Assembly (NCBI GenBank): GCA_965233585.1
Contig: CBDDTI010000747.1
Location: forward strand, 992,001-1,056,000
DNA length: 64,000 nucleotides
Direction: 5' to 3'
Source of the DNA: a bacterium
GTDB lineage: Bacteria > SAR324 > NAC60-12
Shown: in pieces, positions 18,965-29,688 of the stretch
Layout: the number at the start of each line of letters is the position of its first letter
How positions within the stretch are numbered: position 1 is the stretch's first letter
Position numbers and translations under genes: made by a program
Notes under the pieces: model-generated
The model's input: the letters and a program-made list of their open reading frames with translations, nothing else
Told to the model about the DNA's origin: nothing
Database searches by the model: none

Positions 18965-19708
18965 ATGATTCAACTCATTGCAGGCAACTGGAAAATGAAT
19001 GGGTCGCGTGCTTTACTTCAGGAGATGGTGGAACGATTAGAAGCATTTGACCCCACAAAAATTCAGATTGCAGTCTGTCCTTCTTTTGTTCATCTCTCTG
19101 ATGCCCTCCAGCTTTTTGAAAAGACTCCTTGGACGATTGGGGCGCAAAATATTTCTGACCAATTATCAGGTGCATTGACGGGTGAGACTTCTGTTTTGAT
19201 GCTCAAAGAATATCTTGTGCAGTTGTGTATTGTGGGGCATTCGGAACGGCGTCAATTTTTTCAAGAAAATGATGTGTTGATTGGCAAAAAAGCCTCGTTG
19301 TTACTGGAACATGGAATCCGTCCCATTATCTGTGTAGGTGAGACATTAGAGCAACGTCAAAACAACGAACATGAAAAAGTTGTCTGTCAGCAGTTAACAG
19401 ATATTTTTGAGCAAATTGCTCAAGACCATGTTGGTCAATGTGTGATTGCTTATGAACCTGTCTGGGCGATTGGAACAGGCAAGACAGCATCTGCACAAGA
19501 TGCCAATGCGATGCACATGGTGGTCAGGCATTTTTTGAAGGAATTGCATGCTCCTGTTGCTGATGCAATACCCTTGCTTTATGGTGGTAGTGTCAACGAA
19601 AGTAACTCTGAAGAATTGATGAAACAACCCCAAATCAATGGTGCATTGGTAGGTGGGGCAAGCCTGAAACCTGATAGCTTTGCCAACTTGATTCAAGCCA
19701 CACTTTAA
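18965..19708 (+). CDS. tpiA: Triosephosphate isomerase
   Basis: AGNWKMN, GHSERR, AYEPVWAIGTG, LYGGSV, GALVGGASL. Confidence 0.98.
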   Translation: MIQLIAGNWKMNGSRALLQEMVERLEAFDPTKIQIAVCPSFVHLSDALQLFEKTPWTIGAQNISDQLSGALTGETSVLMLKEYLVQLCIVGHSERRQFFQENDVLIGKKASLLLEHGIRPIICVGETLEQRQNNEHEKVVCQQLTDIFEQIAQDHVGQCVIAYEPVWAIGTGKTASAQDANAMHMVVRHFLKELHAPVADAIPLLYGGSVNESNSEELMKQPQINGALVGGASLKPDSFANLIQATL

Positions 19709-19741
19709 ACCTATTTTTTACTTTAAATTTATTTTTTGACC

Positions 19742-20143
19742 ATGTTTGAACTAATTCTAACAATACACATTGCGATTGCCGTGATCCTCATTTTTACTGT
19801 TCTTCTTCAATCTGGGAGGGGGTCGGAGATGGGCGCAGCATTTGGTGGACTTGGACAAGCCGCATCTGCCCGTGGTGAGATGAGTGGGCTTGCCAAATTT
19901 ACCAGCTCCATTGCTGCTATTTTTATGGTGAGTTCTCTGACCCTTGCTTATCTTTCCTCCAAAGAAGTAGGTACCTCTGTCATCTCTAAAATTCAAGAGA
20001 CTCCGATTTCTGCTTCTGCAACTGATACCACTCAAGAAGGTCAGGAAGAGACAACAGAGACGCCGACTTTAGACCAAACTGACGCTCCAGACCTGCAAAA
20101 TTCTGGTGCTTCTCCTTCTGAAACAACTCCACAGGATCAATGA
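19742..20143 (+). CDS. secG: Preprotein translocase subunit SecG
   Basis: VLLQSGRGSEMGAAFGG, two TM segments, follows tpiA. Confidence 0.92.
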   Translation: MFELILTIHIAIAVILIFTVLLQSGRGSEMGAAFGGLGQAASARGEMSGLAKFTSSIAAIFMVSSLTLAYLSSKEVGTSVISKIQETPISASATDTTQEGQEETTETPTLDQTDAPDLQNSGASPSETTPQDQ

Positions 20144-21837
20144 TTCAAATCTTTCTTCTTACTTTTCTGTAAGGAGGAAGCCAACATTTCTTCAGCCGTT
20201 TCTATGGCTTGGGAACTTACAGTTTTTCCCCCAATGAGTTTGGCAAGACCTAGAGGAAGATTTTTTTGTGTGAGTGTTTGGGCTTTGGTGTAAACCGCAC
20301 CTTGTTTGGTCGTTTTGCTGACCACGATGTGCTGTTGTGCAAACGATGCAATTTGTGGCAGATGCGTAATACAAATCGTTTGCCTCTCTTGAGAAAGTGA
20401 AAGAATTTTTTCTCCAACCATCTCTGCAATTCTGCCGCTGATTCCTGCATCTATCTCATCAAAAATGATGGAACAGTACTCATCTTGTTGTCTCAGGACT
20501 GTCTTGATGGCAAGCATCACTCTTGAAAGCTCTCCTCCTGATGCAATTTTTTCAAGAGGTCGCATTTCTTGTCCAAGATTTGCAGAAAAATAAAATTGCA
20601 CAAGGTCAATGCCATTTTCACTATATGGGGGTGTTTTTTCAGAAGACCTTGTTTGAACGTTTGCTTGAAATTGGGCATTAGGCATTCCCAAATCATGCAA
20701 CTGTCTGCAGACTTGGGCGTCAAACTGTGTGGCAAGTGCTGAACGTTGTTGCGAAAGTTTTTGCGAGGCGTTTTCAAGTTCTTTGGTTAGCTGAAGCAGA
20801 CGTTTTTCTGTCTCTTCTACCTCTAGTTCTAAATGTTCCAGCTGTGTCCGTTCTGCTTTTGCTTTTTCAAGGAAGGCAAGAATCTCATCAAGCGACCTGC
20901 CGTATTTCCGTTTGAGTTGCTGAATGGTATTTAAGCGGCTGTTAATTTGCTCAATACGTTCAGGGCAAAACTCTACTTTTGAATGGTAATCTGAAACCTG
21001 ATAGAAGGTTTCTTGTAGTTGTAAGAAGGCATCTTCTGCAGATTGCAACAAAGGTTCTAAGGAAGGATCTATTTGGACAAGGTGAGAAAGTGAGTCCCGC
21101 GTTTTGTCAAGGTGGCTCAAGATGGATAGGTCGCTTTCAATACCTTGTTCAATGATGTCATAAGAGAGTGTTGCAAGTTTTTGGGCATTGACCAGCTTTT
21201 TGGATTCTTCTTGCAATTCTTGTTCTTCATTCTCTCGGAGTTGTGCATCAGTGATTTCACGAATTTGATAATCCAATAAATCTATGCGCAAGGCACGTTC
21301 TTGAAGCTGTTGCTGAATTTTACAGAGCAGTTTTTGTGCATCATGCCAAGCATGATAGAGGTCATAGACATGGAGTGTTTTCAAATTCCCAAAAGTATCC
21401 AAAAAAGTCAGATGTGCTTGCCTGTCTAATAAATTTTTATTTTCATGTTGTCCATGAATCTGCACTAAAGATGAGCCGATGGCTTCCAATGTTCTTAAAT
21501 TGACATTGACATCGTTGAGGAAAATGCGTTGTGAGCCTGCTGATTTAATGATTCGCCTAACAATCAAGGCATCATCAAAATCAATTTCTGCTTCAGATAA
21601 TAGTTTTTGGGTATGAGGTAGTTTTTTAATGTCAAAAATGGCTTCAACTGACAACTTTTCGCATTGATCCCGAATGAGACCATAATCTGTTTTTTTCCCG
21701 ATCGCTAATTGAATCGCCTTAATGATGGCAGACTTCCCTGAACCTGTCTCGCCCGTGAGAACAATAAACCCAGAATCCAAAGATAACTCTAATAACTCTA
21801 TCGTTGCCAGATGAGAGATGCGAAGATTCGTCAGCAT
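20137..21837 (-). CDS. recN: DNA repair protein RecN
   Basis: LTGETGSGKS Walker A, IHGQH, ASGGELSR, FDEIDAGISG, ITHLPQIA. Confidence 0.96.
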   Translation of the reverse strand: MLTNLRISHLATIELLELSLDSGFIVLTGETGSGKSAIIKAIQLAIGKKTDYGLIRDQCEKLSVEAIFDIKKLPHTQKLLSEAEIDFDDALIVRRIIKSAGSQRIFLNDVNVNLRTLEAIGSSLVQIHGQHENKNLLDRQAHLTFLDTFGNLKTLHVYDLYHAWHDAQKLLCKIQQQLQERALRIDLLDYQIREITDAQLRENEEQELQEESKKLVNAQKLATLSYDIIEQGIESDLSILSHLDKTRDSLSHLVQIDPSLEPLLQSAEDAFLQLQETFYQVSDYHSKVEFCPERIEQINSRLNTIQQLKRKYGRSLDEILAFLEKAKAERTQLEHLELEVEETEKRLLQLTKELENASQKLSQQRSALATQFDAQVCRQLHDLGMPNAQFQANVQTRSSEKTPPYSENGIDLVQFYFSANLGQEMRPLEKIASGGELSRVMLAIKTVLRQQDEYCSIIFDEIDAGISGRIAEMVGEKILSLSQERQTICITHLPQIASFAQQHIVVSKTTKQGAVYTKAQTLTQKNLPLGLAKLIGGKTVSSQAIETAEEMLASSLQKSKKKDLNH

Positions 21838-21947
21838 AGTAGAAAAGACAATTTGAAAGATTGACAAGACAAGATCGTTTCATTATCCTGCATTCTATGT
21901 TCCATATTCTGTGTTCCATAGTTTGATGCCATTAAGAAGGAAAAAAG

Positions 21948-22226
21948 ATGAATAAATTAGAACTTGTACAAAGACTCTCTGAAAAGCTGGGAAGAGATAA
22001 AGAAATCCTTGCTAAAAAAACAGTAGATTTATTTTTTAATCAAATCAAGGAATCCTTGCTTTCAGGGGAAGATGTTGAAGTGAGAGGCTTTGGAGTGTTT
22101 AGAGTGAAAACGACAGAGGCTCATGTTGCTAGAAACCCCCGAACAGGTGAGCAAGTGCAAGTCCCTAGCAGAAGGCGCCCTGTCTTTAAGGTTGGGTTGA
22201 ATCTTAAAGAACGTATCAATAAGTAG
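21948..22226 (+). CDS. HU/IHF family DNA-binding protein (IHF-beta-like)
   Basis: MNKLEL, VEVRGFGVF, ARNPRTGE.V, PVFK.G..LKERIN. Confidence 0.92.
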   Translation: MNKLELVQRLSEKLGRDKEILAKKTVDLFFNQIKESLLSGEDVEVRGFGVFRVKTTEAHVARNPRTGEQVQVPSRRRPVFKVGLNLKERINK

Positions 22227-22239
22227 TTTGCTATTCTTG

Positions 22240-24150
22240 TCATTCTTTTTCTTGAAGCTGTTGTAATAGCTTCAAATTGTCTTTGGCTTGAGTGTATTGG
22301 GGGTCAATTTGAAGAGCCGCATTGAAAGCAGTTTTTGCCTCTTCTGCCTGACCTGCATTGGCTAAGATGACGCCTAAATTGTTAAACACTTCTGGGTCAT
22401 TTGGATTGATTGACACCGACTGTCTTAAATGTTGAAAGGCTTTTTCGTAGTTTCCCGCTTGTAATTCTTGTTGACCAAGTGCTTTGTGTGCTGTGGCAAG
22501 GGTCAATCTTCCTTGATTTTGATTTGCAACAGCAGGACGTCGTTGCAACAGTTCAATGATTTTTGAATATTCTCCTCTTGTTCCGTGCAGTTGTGCTTGT
22601 TCCAAGAAAGCATCGTTAATAATCCCCTGAACTTCCCACATACTGACATGAGGTGCAATTTTGGTAATGATTTGGTATTCCTTCAGACTTTGGTCATAAT
22701 TCCCCATAGAGCGATAGACACGAGCAAGATTGATTCTTGCTAATAAAAATCGTGACGCACTTTGTAAAGATTTATTGAAATAGACCTTTGCCGCACGAAA
22801 TTGCTTTTGTTCTCCATAAGCAAAGCCCAAATTGTGCAAAGTTCGGGCTTTTGTAGGGGCTTTGTGTGCGGCATCTTTCCAAAGTGTCTCTGTTGTCTCA
22901 TAAACAGCATTTCTTTGGCGAGTCCCCCAGATTCCAAAAAGGACGAAGGCGACCAATCCACAACCTATGATTTTTGATTTTTGATTTTTGATTGCCCAAA
23001 AAATGACATCTGCTAAAAAAAGCATCCAGCCAATCATTGGCAAGTAGGCTTTGTATTCCACCAAAATATCCCGCTCTGGGACAATAATATAAGGTCCAAA
23101 AGTGAGATAAAACCAAAATCCCCCAAATGCACACAAACGGAACTTTTTATGAGCTAAGAAAAGCAACATTGCAATTACTGCGACATGAAAAGCGACGGCA
23201 TACAATGTCAAATCCTGACCAACTGCGGGGTCAAAATTATGATCAACGTTCATCCAATTTAAAACTGGTAAAGTGATGAGCTTCCAATAAAACACCATCA
23301 CGCGGGACATCGTTTGCCAATGTTCAGTAGCAGACCACAAAGTGTCAGAGCCAAAACCAACAAAATAATTCCCATCTTTAAATAAGGCATTGTCTTTTAA
23401 AAAATAAAACAAAACCCCAGCGATTCCTAAAGTACCTAAAATGACAGGCAACAAGGCACGTTTGATTTTTTGCCAGCTGTCTAAGTGCATGAGGGCTTCA
23501 TAAAGCACTGGCACAACGAGCCATGTCATTGCCATTGATTTAGAACCTGCCGCCACCCAGTATGATGCTAATGCCAAAGAAACCCAAATGACAGAAGGTT
23601 TGTAATTTTTATCAAAAAAGGAGTCCCTTGCCTTCACATAGCAAAGTGTTGCAAGCATGTAAAACAAGGTTGCCATTTGGGACGTGCGTTGTGTCAGGTA
23701 GGTGACTGCTGCACTTGCCAGAGGGTGAATTGCAAAGATGGTCGCAACACTCATGGCTGTTAGGAGGAGAGAATATTGACGTTCTTGATGCTGAACGTAT
23801 GTACTTTTAAGCAAAGTATAAACCAACAGGCACAAAACCCAAGCATTGATGATGTGGATAGCAATATTAACAATGTGGTATCCGTAAGGATTCAATCCGT
23901 CCCACTGGTGATTGAGGGAAAATAAAATCAACGCAAAGTTTCGCCCTCCCAGACTAGAAAAAGCCTCTTTGAAGTAATAAGTCCAACTTTCCCAATTCCG
24001 TTCTACAAGAAATGGAATGTCGTCAAAGTGAAAAACAGCGTTCAGAGAGTTGGAATATCCTAGCCAAATAATGCTAGGAACCCAGATGACAAAGAAAAAT
24101 GTGAGGTTTCTTTTGCTGAGAAACTGATTGAAAAGATTGGATTGCATCAT
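22240..24150 (-). CDS. Multi-TM + TPR protein (TMTC-like, GT-C fold candidate)
   Basis: FHFDD in the first loop, YHIVNIAIH, FAIHPL...AVTY..QR, E...YLP, RNAVY...TLW.D, C-terminal TPRs. Confidence 0.8.
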   Translation of the reverse strand: MMQSNLFNQFLSKRNLTFFFVIWVPSIIWLGYSNSLNAVFHFDDIPFLVERNWESWTYYFKEAFSSLGGRNFALILFSLNHQWDGLNPYGYHIVNIAIHIINAWVLCLLVYTLLKSTYVQHQERQYSLLLTAMSVATIFAIHPLASAAVTYLTQRTSQMATLFYMLATLCYVKARDSFFDKNYKPSVIWVSLALASYWVAAGSKSMAMTWLVVPVLYEALMHLDSWQKIKRALLPVILGTLGIAGVLFYFLKDNALFKDGNYFVGFGSDTLWSATEHWQTMSRVMVFYWKLITLPVLNWMNVDHNFDPAVGQDLTLYAVAFHVAVIAMLLFLAHKKFRLCAFGGFWFYLTFGPYIIVPERDILVEYKAYLPMIGWMLFLADVIFWAIKNQKSKIIGCGLVAFVLFGIWGTRQRNAVYETTETLWKDAAHKAPTKARTLHNLGFAYGEQKQFRAAKVYFNKSLQSASRFLLARINLARVYRSMGNYDQSLKEYQIITKIAPHVSMWEVQGIINDAFLEQAQLHGTRGEYSKIIELLQRRPAVANQNQGRLTLATAHKALGQQELQAGNYEKAFQHLRQSVSINPNDPEVFNNLGVILANAGQAEEAKTAFNAALQIDPQYTQAKDNLKLLQQLQEKE

Positions 24151-24170
24151 GTTAAAAAATTAGCAAAGAA

Positions 24171-25205
24171 CTATGAGGATTGGTCTGTGGCAACAGGGAG
24201 TATTTTGATTTCATGTTGACCATCAGAAGTGGTCAATGTTGTTTGACCAGCAATACTTTTGTAGTTGACCATGGCGATTGCATGATAGGTGTCTTGATGT
24301 TGTAATTTGCTGACACTGGTGACGGTGGCAACTTTTTTTTCATTCTCAAATTTTCCATTTTCAAAAAGAGAATCTTGGGCTTGAAGCTGAACAGAACAAG
24401 GGACTTTTAGCCCCATCAATTTTTTATTTGGGTGTCCAAGATGTTTCATTCTTGCATGGGTTTCTTGCCCAAGATAACAGCCTTTGCGATACGACATGTG
24501 CGATGTCAAAGAGGCTTCTTCAGGCAGACAGTTTTCATAATCTACACCATAGCGGGGAATCAGCTCATCAATTCGTTTATTTTCTAACACTTGAAACCCG
24601 ATTAAACAAACGTTTTCTTGGCAAGATAAGTTCTGAAAGACCTCAAAATAATCCTGATAAGGAATGAGAAGACAGCAAGCTGAAGTGTTGCCAAAAGGTA
24701 GAGACCACCAGAAGCATTGATGGAATGTTTGACAGAATTGAGAGGCAATCACTTCTGCATTTTGACCAATGAGCTGACAATACACAAATTGTTCTTCCAG
24801 AAGAATTTCAACGTCCTCTTGAATGTGGAATTTTTGCAGATGGTCTATGACAAAAGATGCGTGATTTGGCTCAGTCAAGAGGATAAGGTCTTCTTCAGTT
24901 CTTTGCAAAATGTCAATTCGTGTTAAAATCTTGCCTCTGTGTTGACAAATTAAACTTTGTTGGGATTCTCCATTTTGTAGAGTCAATACGTGATTTGTCA
25001 CCATTCCATTTAAAAAATGCCGAACATCTTTTCCCCACAAACGCACCAATTCAAATGCCTTACAATCCAGCAAACCGCATTGGTTTGAAAGGTGATTTTG
25101 CTCTTCTTGTGCATAAGAGATGGGTAGCTTGCCTTTGGGCAGTTGAACAAACTTGGCTTGGTGGTCTTGATGGAACAAGTCAATTTTTTCAAAAGGTTTC
25201 ATCAT
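24171..25205 (-). CDS. ygfZ: YgfZ/GcvT-family folate-binding protein
   Basis: KGCYLGQE signature; G.D...FL.GMVTN. Confidence 0.85.
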   Translation of the reverse strand: MMKPFEKIDLFHQDHQAKFVQLPKGKLPISYAQEEQNHLSNQCGLLDCKAFELVRLWGKDVRHFLNGMVTNHVLTLQNGESQQSLICQHRGKILTRIDILQRTEEDLILLTEPNHASFVIDHLQKFHIQEDVEILLEEQFVYCQLIGQNAEVIASQFCQTFHQCFWWSLPFGNTSACCLLIPYQDYFEVFQNLSCQENVCLIGFQVLENKRIDELIPRYGVDYENCLPEEASLTSHMSYRKGCYLGQETHARMKHLGHPNKKLMGLKVPCSVQLQAQDSLFENGKFENEKKVATVTSVSKLQHQDTYHAIAMVNYKSIAGQTTLTTSDGQHEIKILPVATDQSS

Positions 25206-25316
25206 GTCTGGAAGATTGTGTCTGGAATATTATGGCATTTGAAGAACGATTTTTATTATAGCTAAACACACACTTTTATCTAGCACTTATATTTTTATCT
25301 AGCATTTATCTGGTTT

Positions 25317-26792
25317 ATGAAATTACAAACTCCGTATGTCGCATGTCTTGTCTTATCAGTCACTTTCCTCTTCAATTATCTTGCTGTCAACATTGGACTT
25401 CACACTGTTGCAGAAGTCGTCACTTATGCACTGCCTGCAATCTTGCTTCCTTTGATATTTTTACTATGTTCTGTCTGGTCTTTAGAAAAGCTATTTCAGG
25501 GTTCACCAAAGGCGATTAGTAGTTTTTTTATGTTCATCACGCTTGCGGCTGTTGTGGAGCCTCATCGTCAGAACAACCCTGAAATGCCCCTTTTGATCTT
25601 TTGGTCTTATGTCACTCCTTTGCTCCTGTTTGTCACGTGCTTGGGATATTTTTTTTGGAAAAAATCACTTCAACTTTTGCTGGTGTTTTTAATCGTTTTT
25701 GGGGCAGAGAGAGCGTATCAAACGAGCTTAAAACTTTATGAAAGGTGGGAAAAGCAGAGTTATGTTGAATCAGAAAGCTACCAAAGAGAATCAGCAAACT
25801 ATTTCAATGACACCCAAGATGTGAAGCCATTTGTTGAGAGATTGAATGTGTACCATGTCTTGATTGATAGTTATCCTTCATTGGAGGGACTTAAACGTTT
25901 TAACGCAAATAATGAATCCTTTTATCAAACACTAGAGTCCAAAGGGTTTCGTGCGTATCGGCATGCGTTTTCAAATTATCCCAATACGCAAGAAAGTTTA
26001 ATCTCTATGTGGGCTATGCAACATACTTACAACAATTCAGATGACAATTTTGACCCGTATGCACTGTATGGACGCAATGAAAGTTTTAGACGTTTGATCC
26101 AAGAAGACTATCAAATCTATTGTGATTACCCTTGTTATTCAAAAACACAAAGTCCAAGTCAACCTGTCTCTCCCAATATCAAATCTCAACTCCGTTTAAG
26201 GAATGACAGGCTTTTGCAATATTACATGCTTTATTATTTGGGACCGATTATTTCTACACTTTTAGGCACTTCTGAAAAACCTCAAGACTCCCTTGCAAGA
26301 GAATGGCTTTTGATCAATGATCACCTTCAAAACCCTGCTTTTGTGTATTTGCACGACCTTTCTCATCAGGCACACCACCAAAAAAGACGCGAGGTTCTAA
26401 ATCGCTCTATTCTGAAAATTGTTGACGACATTTCTCAAAAACAAGAACCTAGCATCATCATTTTGAGTTCAGACCATGGAAACAGAAAAGAATGGGCAGA
26501 AAATAACACTGAAAAAGAGACGCCACTTCATAACTTTGGGATTTTGCTGGCAATCAGATGGCCCCAAATGTGTGAGTCGTTCAATCAAGTAGAACGCATC
26601 ACGCCTGTCAATTTGTATGCTTATGTTTTTGCTTGTTTAGATGGAAGCCCTGAACCTGAAGAATTGCAACCTGATGACAGCTACATGAAGGGAAAGACTT
26701 TGCTTGAAGACATCAACATCGGGGAAGACAATTATTTGCACATTCAAGATCATAAACCACTGAAGATGCCAAAACTTGTAGAGCAAAATTAA
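25317..26792 (+). CDS. Membrane protein with C-terminal sulfatase/alkaline-phosphatase-like domain
   Basis: Several N-terminal TM helices; NVYHVLIDSY, SNYP.T..S, IIILSSDHG, ITPVNL. Confidence 0.65.
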   Translation: MKLQTPYVACLVLSVTFLFNYLAVNIGLHTVAEVVTYALPAILLPLIFLLCSVWSLEKLFQGSPKAISSFFMFITLAAVVEPHRQNNPEMPLLIFWSYVTPLLLFVTCLGYFFWKKSLQLLLVFLIVFGAERAYQTSLKLYERWEKQSYVESESYQRESANYFNDTQDVKPFVERLNVYHVLIDSYPSLEGLKRFNANNESFYQTLESKGFRAYRHAFSNYPNTQESLISMWAMQHTYNNSDDNFDPYALYGRNESFRRLIQEDYQIYCDYPCYSKTQSPSQPVSPNIKSQLRLRNDRLLQYYMLYYLGPIISTLLGTSEKPQDSLAREWLLINDHLQNPAFVYLHDLSHQAHHQKRREVLNRSILKIVDDISQKQEPSIIILSSDHGNRKEWAENNTEKETPLHNFGILLAIRWPQMCESFNQVERITPVNLYAYVFACLDGSPEPEELQPDDSYMKGKTLLEDINIGEDNYLHIQDHKPLKMPKLVEQN

Positions 26793-26809
26793 AGATGTCT
26801 TGAGGACGC

Positions 26810-27928
26810 TTAAAAACGTAGGCTGACACCTATATTGAGGAGAGTGCTGCCGATTTTTTCGGTGTTGAGAAGTCTTTCTTGTTTGGAGAAAAAGCCATGT
26901 AAGCGGTAGCCTTTTAAATCATCAAAAGGGAAGATTTCTACACCAATGGTAGAGCTGTTAAATTCTTCCCGTTTCTCTAGTTGAATGGCATCAATAGACC
27001 ACTTGACAAAAGGCTGGAATCGCTGCCCTTGATGTTGTGCTTTCACGACGATGGAATCTTCCTGTTCTGAATCATGGTTAATAATTTCATCTTTGTCATT
27101 CAGCTCTTTATAAGCATCTTGTTGTCTATTTAAAAAATCAAAATCAATGACTCCGTTTTGTGTTTTCAAAGATGCCCCAATAGAATAAACTCTTGATGTA
27201 AATGCTTCTTTTGTTTGAACTTTTTCGTTCTCACTATCAAGCCGAAATTCTTCTGCAGAGGGAAAGAAACCATATTGAATGACAGGTTTAAAATTCCCAT
27301 CTATAAACTCTCCATACCATGCAAGATTGTATGACATGGCATATTGATTTTGATTGCCACTTGGAATCTGATTGAGCAGTTGCAAAATCAGAGTTTGTTC
27401 TTTGATTTCAGGCATGGCTTGTTTCAGATTGAGCAAAAGCGATGCGCCTACTGTGTATAAATCTTTGAGACGGTTACCGATGTGTGAATAATGAAAAACG
27501 TCAATGGGATTTTTGCTCCCTTCTATGCCACCTTGCAAGACAAACTGCTTGCCAATACGAAACTGCATGAGTTCTGAAAAGTGATGACGAAGATACCAAT
27601 ACTCTAATCCTAAGCTGGTGTTATCTTTTTGTTGTTGAAAATCACGATTCCATCGGACTCGCATGTGGTAGTCTATTTTTGGACTGACAGCACCCCTAAG
27701 GTTGAGGTGCGCTCGGTTGACCACAAACTGTGTGGTAGTGCCTGATGAAGAGTTGTTTTTAGAATGGTCATCACTGAAGCCTGATTGTAAATCTGTTCGG
27801 AATTCAGGTTCTAATAATAGTAATTCTTCTGCAGCCAATACAGATGTTTGAAAGGCGAGGAAACACAGTGTGCAAACAATGCGTCTGATAAGAGAGAAGC
27901 AATCTTTTTCTTGTTGCATAGTAACCAA
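26810..27928 (-). CDS. Putative outer-membrane porin
   Basis: Signal peptide, F...RA.LNLRG, FRIGKQ, amphipathic beta strands, C-terminal Phe. Confidence 0.65.
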   Translation of the reverse strand: MVTMQQEKDCFSLIRRIVCTLCFLAFQTSVLAAEELLLLEPEFRTDLQSGFSDDHSKNNSSSGTTTQFVVNRAHLNLRGAVSPKIDYHMRVRWNRDFQQQKDNTSLGLEYWYLRHHFSELMQFRIGKQFVLQGGIEGSKNPIDVFHYSHIGNRLKDLYTVGASLLLNLKQAMPEIKEQTLILQLLNQIPSGNQNQYAMSYNLAWYGEFIDGNFKPVIQYGFFPSAEEFRLDSENEKVQTKEAFTSRVYSIGASLKTQNGVIDFDFLNRQQDAYKELNDKDEIINHDSEQEDSIVVKAQHQGQRFQPFVKWSIDAIQLEKREEFNSSTIGVEIFPFDDLKGYRLHGFFSKQERLLNTEKIGSTLLNIGVSLRF

Positions 27929-28041
27929 TTTAAACCTGTCAATCTATCATGGGATTAAGAAAGAATCCATTGAATAGTGGTGAGGGCTTATGATACGATA
28001 AGAGTTTTGCTTCATCGTTAAAGAGTGACCAAGTTTAGAAA

Positions 28042-28413
28042 ATGATTAAGGACGCATTAAGTTATTTATCACCTGATTTAGAAATTGAAGGGACTGTGAT
28101 TTGCAGTGGTCCTATTCGTGTTGATTCAAAGATACGGGGAAAAATAGAGTCAAAGCAGCAAGTCAACATTGGCACTCCTGCTTTAATTCAAGGACCGATT
28201 CGGGCAAAAACAGTAGTCGTAAATGGCACAGTCAAAGGAGATTTGCATATTTCAGAAACGGTTGCGATTCTTTCACAAGCCAAAGTTGAAGGAGACATTT
28301 ATGTCCCCGAAGGCGGGTTGTCTGTTGTGAAAGGAAGCAGAATTGAAGGAAGATTGAAGATAGGTTTTCCAAAAATTCCTAAACTAAAATCTATGCAACA
28401 GTCTGGCGTGTAG
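28042..28413 (+). CDS. Bactofilin (polymer-forming cytoskeletal protein)
   Basis: IEG.V...G.IRVD..IRGKI, I.G.I.A..VVVNG.VKGDL, VEGDI beta-helix repeats. Confidence 0.88.
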   Translation: MIKDALSYLSPDLEIEGTVICSGPIRVDSKIRGKIESKQQVNIGTPALIQGPIRAKTVVVNGTVKGDLHISETVAILSQAKVEGDIYVPEGGLSVVKGSRIEGRLKIGFPKIPKLKSMQQSGV

Positions 28414-29011
28414 GACTTGGAGCATTGGCAGCTTTGATTGCACTGGCAGCTTGTGCTGTCTTAATCTTCTGCATGGCTATATTTTCAGGCTTGATTTCTG
28501 CGGGCTTTTCAGCCTCCACTTTCTGATGAGTCGCAGGCTGGTCTTTTGCTGTTTCATTTGATTGAGGTGAATATGTTGCTTTTGGCTTGTCCTGCATAAA
28601 CTCCATGAATTTAGGGTTTTTTAGGAGAGCAAGAGTTTCTTCTTTTGTCTCGTCATTAAGCAAACCTTCTTTAATTTTAGGTGCAAAATCTTCCACCTTT
28701 TCAATATCCAAATCCTCCACAGCATCAAGTTCTAAAATTTGCTCACGTTCTTGGTCTGTCACTTCTTTAAGCCTTCTTTCTATGGCAGCTGAAAAAATAT
28801 CAACGGCTTTTTCTTTCAAAGCTGGGTCGCCTTCTATATTTTCAATGCGTGAAAGCACTTTGGCATATGCAGAGGTTTGTTCTGTTTTTTCTCCTTTCTC
28901 ACTGCCTTGGGCTTGAGCTGTGTTGACCTGAGGTTTCTTGACCTGTGCCTCTTCAGATTTGACTGTGCGTTGTTCTAAACGTGGTTGTACAGTTTGAGCT
29001 TGAACCTGCAT
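28391..29011 (-). CDS. Hypothetical protein (Q/A/E/K-rich)
   Basis: 206-aa ORF with AAGGAG RBS; no recognisable family. Confidence 0.7.
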   Translation of the reverse strand: MQVQAQTVQPRLEQRTVKSEEAQVKKPQVNTAQAQGSEKGEKTEQTSAYAKVLSRIENIEGDPALKEKAVDIFSAAIERRLKEVTDQEREQILELDAVEDLDIEKVEDFAPKIKEGLLNDETKEETLALLKNPKFMEFMQDKPKATYSPQSNETAKDQPATHQKVEAEKPAEIKPENIAMQKIKTAQAASAIKAANAPSPTRQTVA

Positions 29012-29325
29012 GGAACTCCTTTTGTTAAATCAATTTTTCACTATGGATAACTAGCCTAAAGTCATTCAATAATGATGCCAATGTCTGAAAATTTGATGAT
29101 TGATGATGAATCACGAATCTTTAAACTTGTAAAAGTTTGAAGGATTTGCTTTCGGCATTTGAAAACTTGACTCAATCATTTCTTTCTTGTACATGTTTTG
29201 CTGTCTTTAAAATTAAGAGTGATTTATGTTATTTATAAAAAAGCGTCAATATTATGTAAAATAATTTTAAATTGAAAAAAAAAGAGAAAACAGAAATAAT
29301 AGAAAAATTAATACAAAAGACCAAA

Positions 29326-29688
29326 ATGAAATCACACAAAATCAATAACAACAACTACTTCATTTTTGACAAAGATTTAAAAGATCAAAAACTTCATTTC
29401 TTGTGGGGTAAATTTGACTTTCGCATCAAATTTCGTTCCGTAGAAGATAGAAAGCAAGCACAATATCAAGACCATGCTGGAAACTTCTTTGCAATGGACT
29501 ATTTGGAAGGATTTTTAAAAAAGCAATGGCATCGCTTTGAACGTGTGACAGGACATGGCTTTACTTTTGAGGAAACTTGTTGGAGTTTTGATGGAAGTTT
29601 GTTCTATGTAGAATTACCCAAAAATTTGAAACGAGCCGCAATGGAACTGGCAGCAATAGAATTTGATTGGGAATCAACTCAATCTTGA
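29326..29688 (+). CDS. Hypothetical protein coupled to clpB
   Basis: Stop overlaps the clpB start (TGATG); likely start MKSHK. Confidence 0.6.
   Translation: MKSHKINNNNYFIFDKDLKDQKLHFLWGKFDFRIKFRSVEDRKQAQYQDHAGNFFAMDYLEGFLKKQWHRFERVTGHGFTFEETCWSFDGSLFYVELPKNLKRAAMELAAIEFDWESTQS

Noticed and set aside
20100..20200. tRNA-Leu often found after secG
   Set aside because: secG overlaps the recN stop directly; no room and no tRNA motifs.
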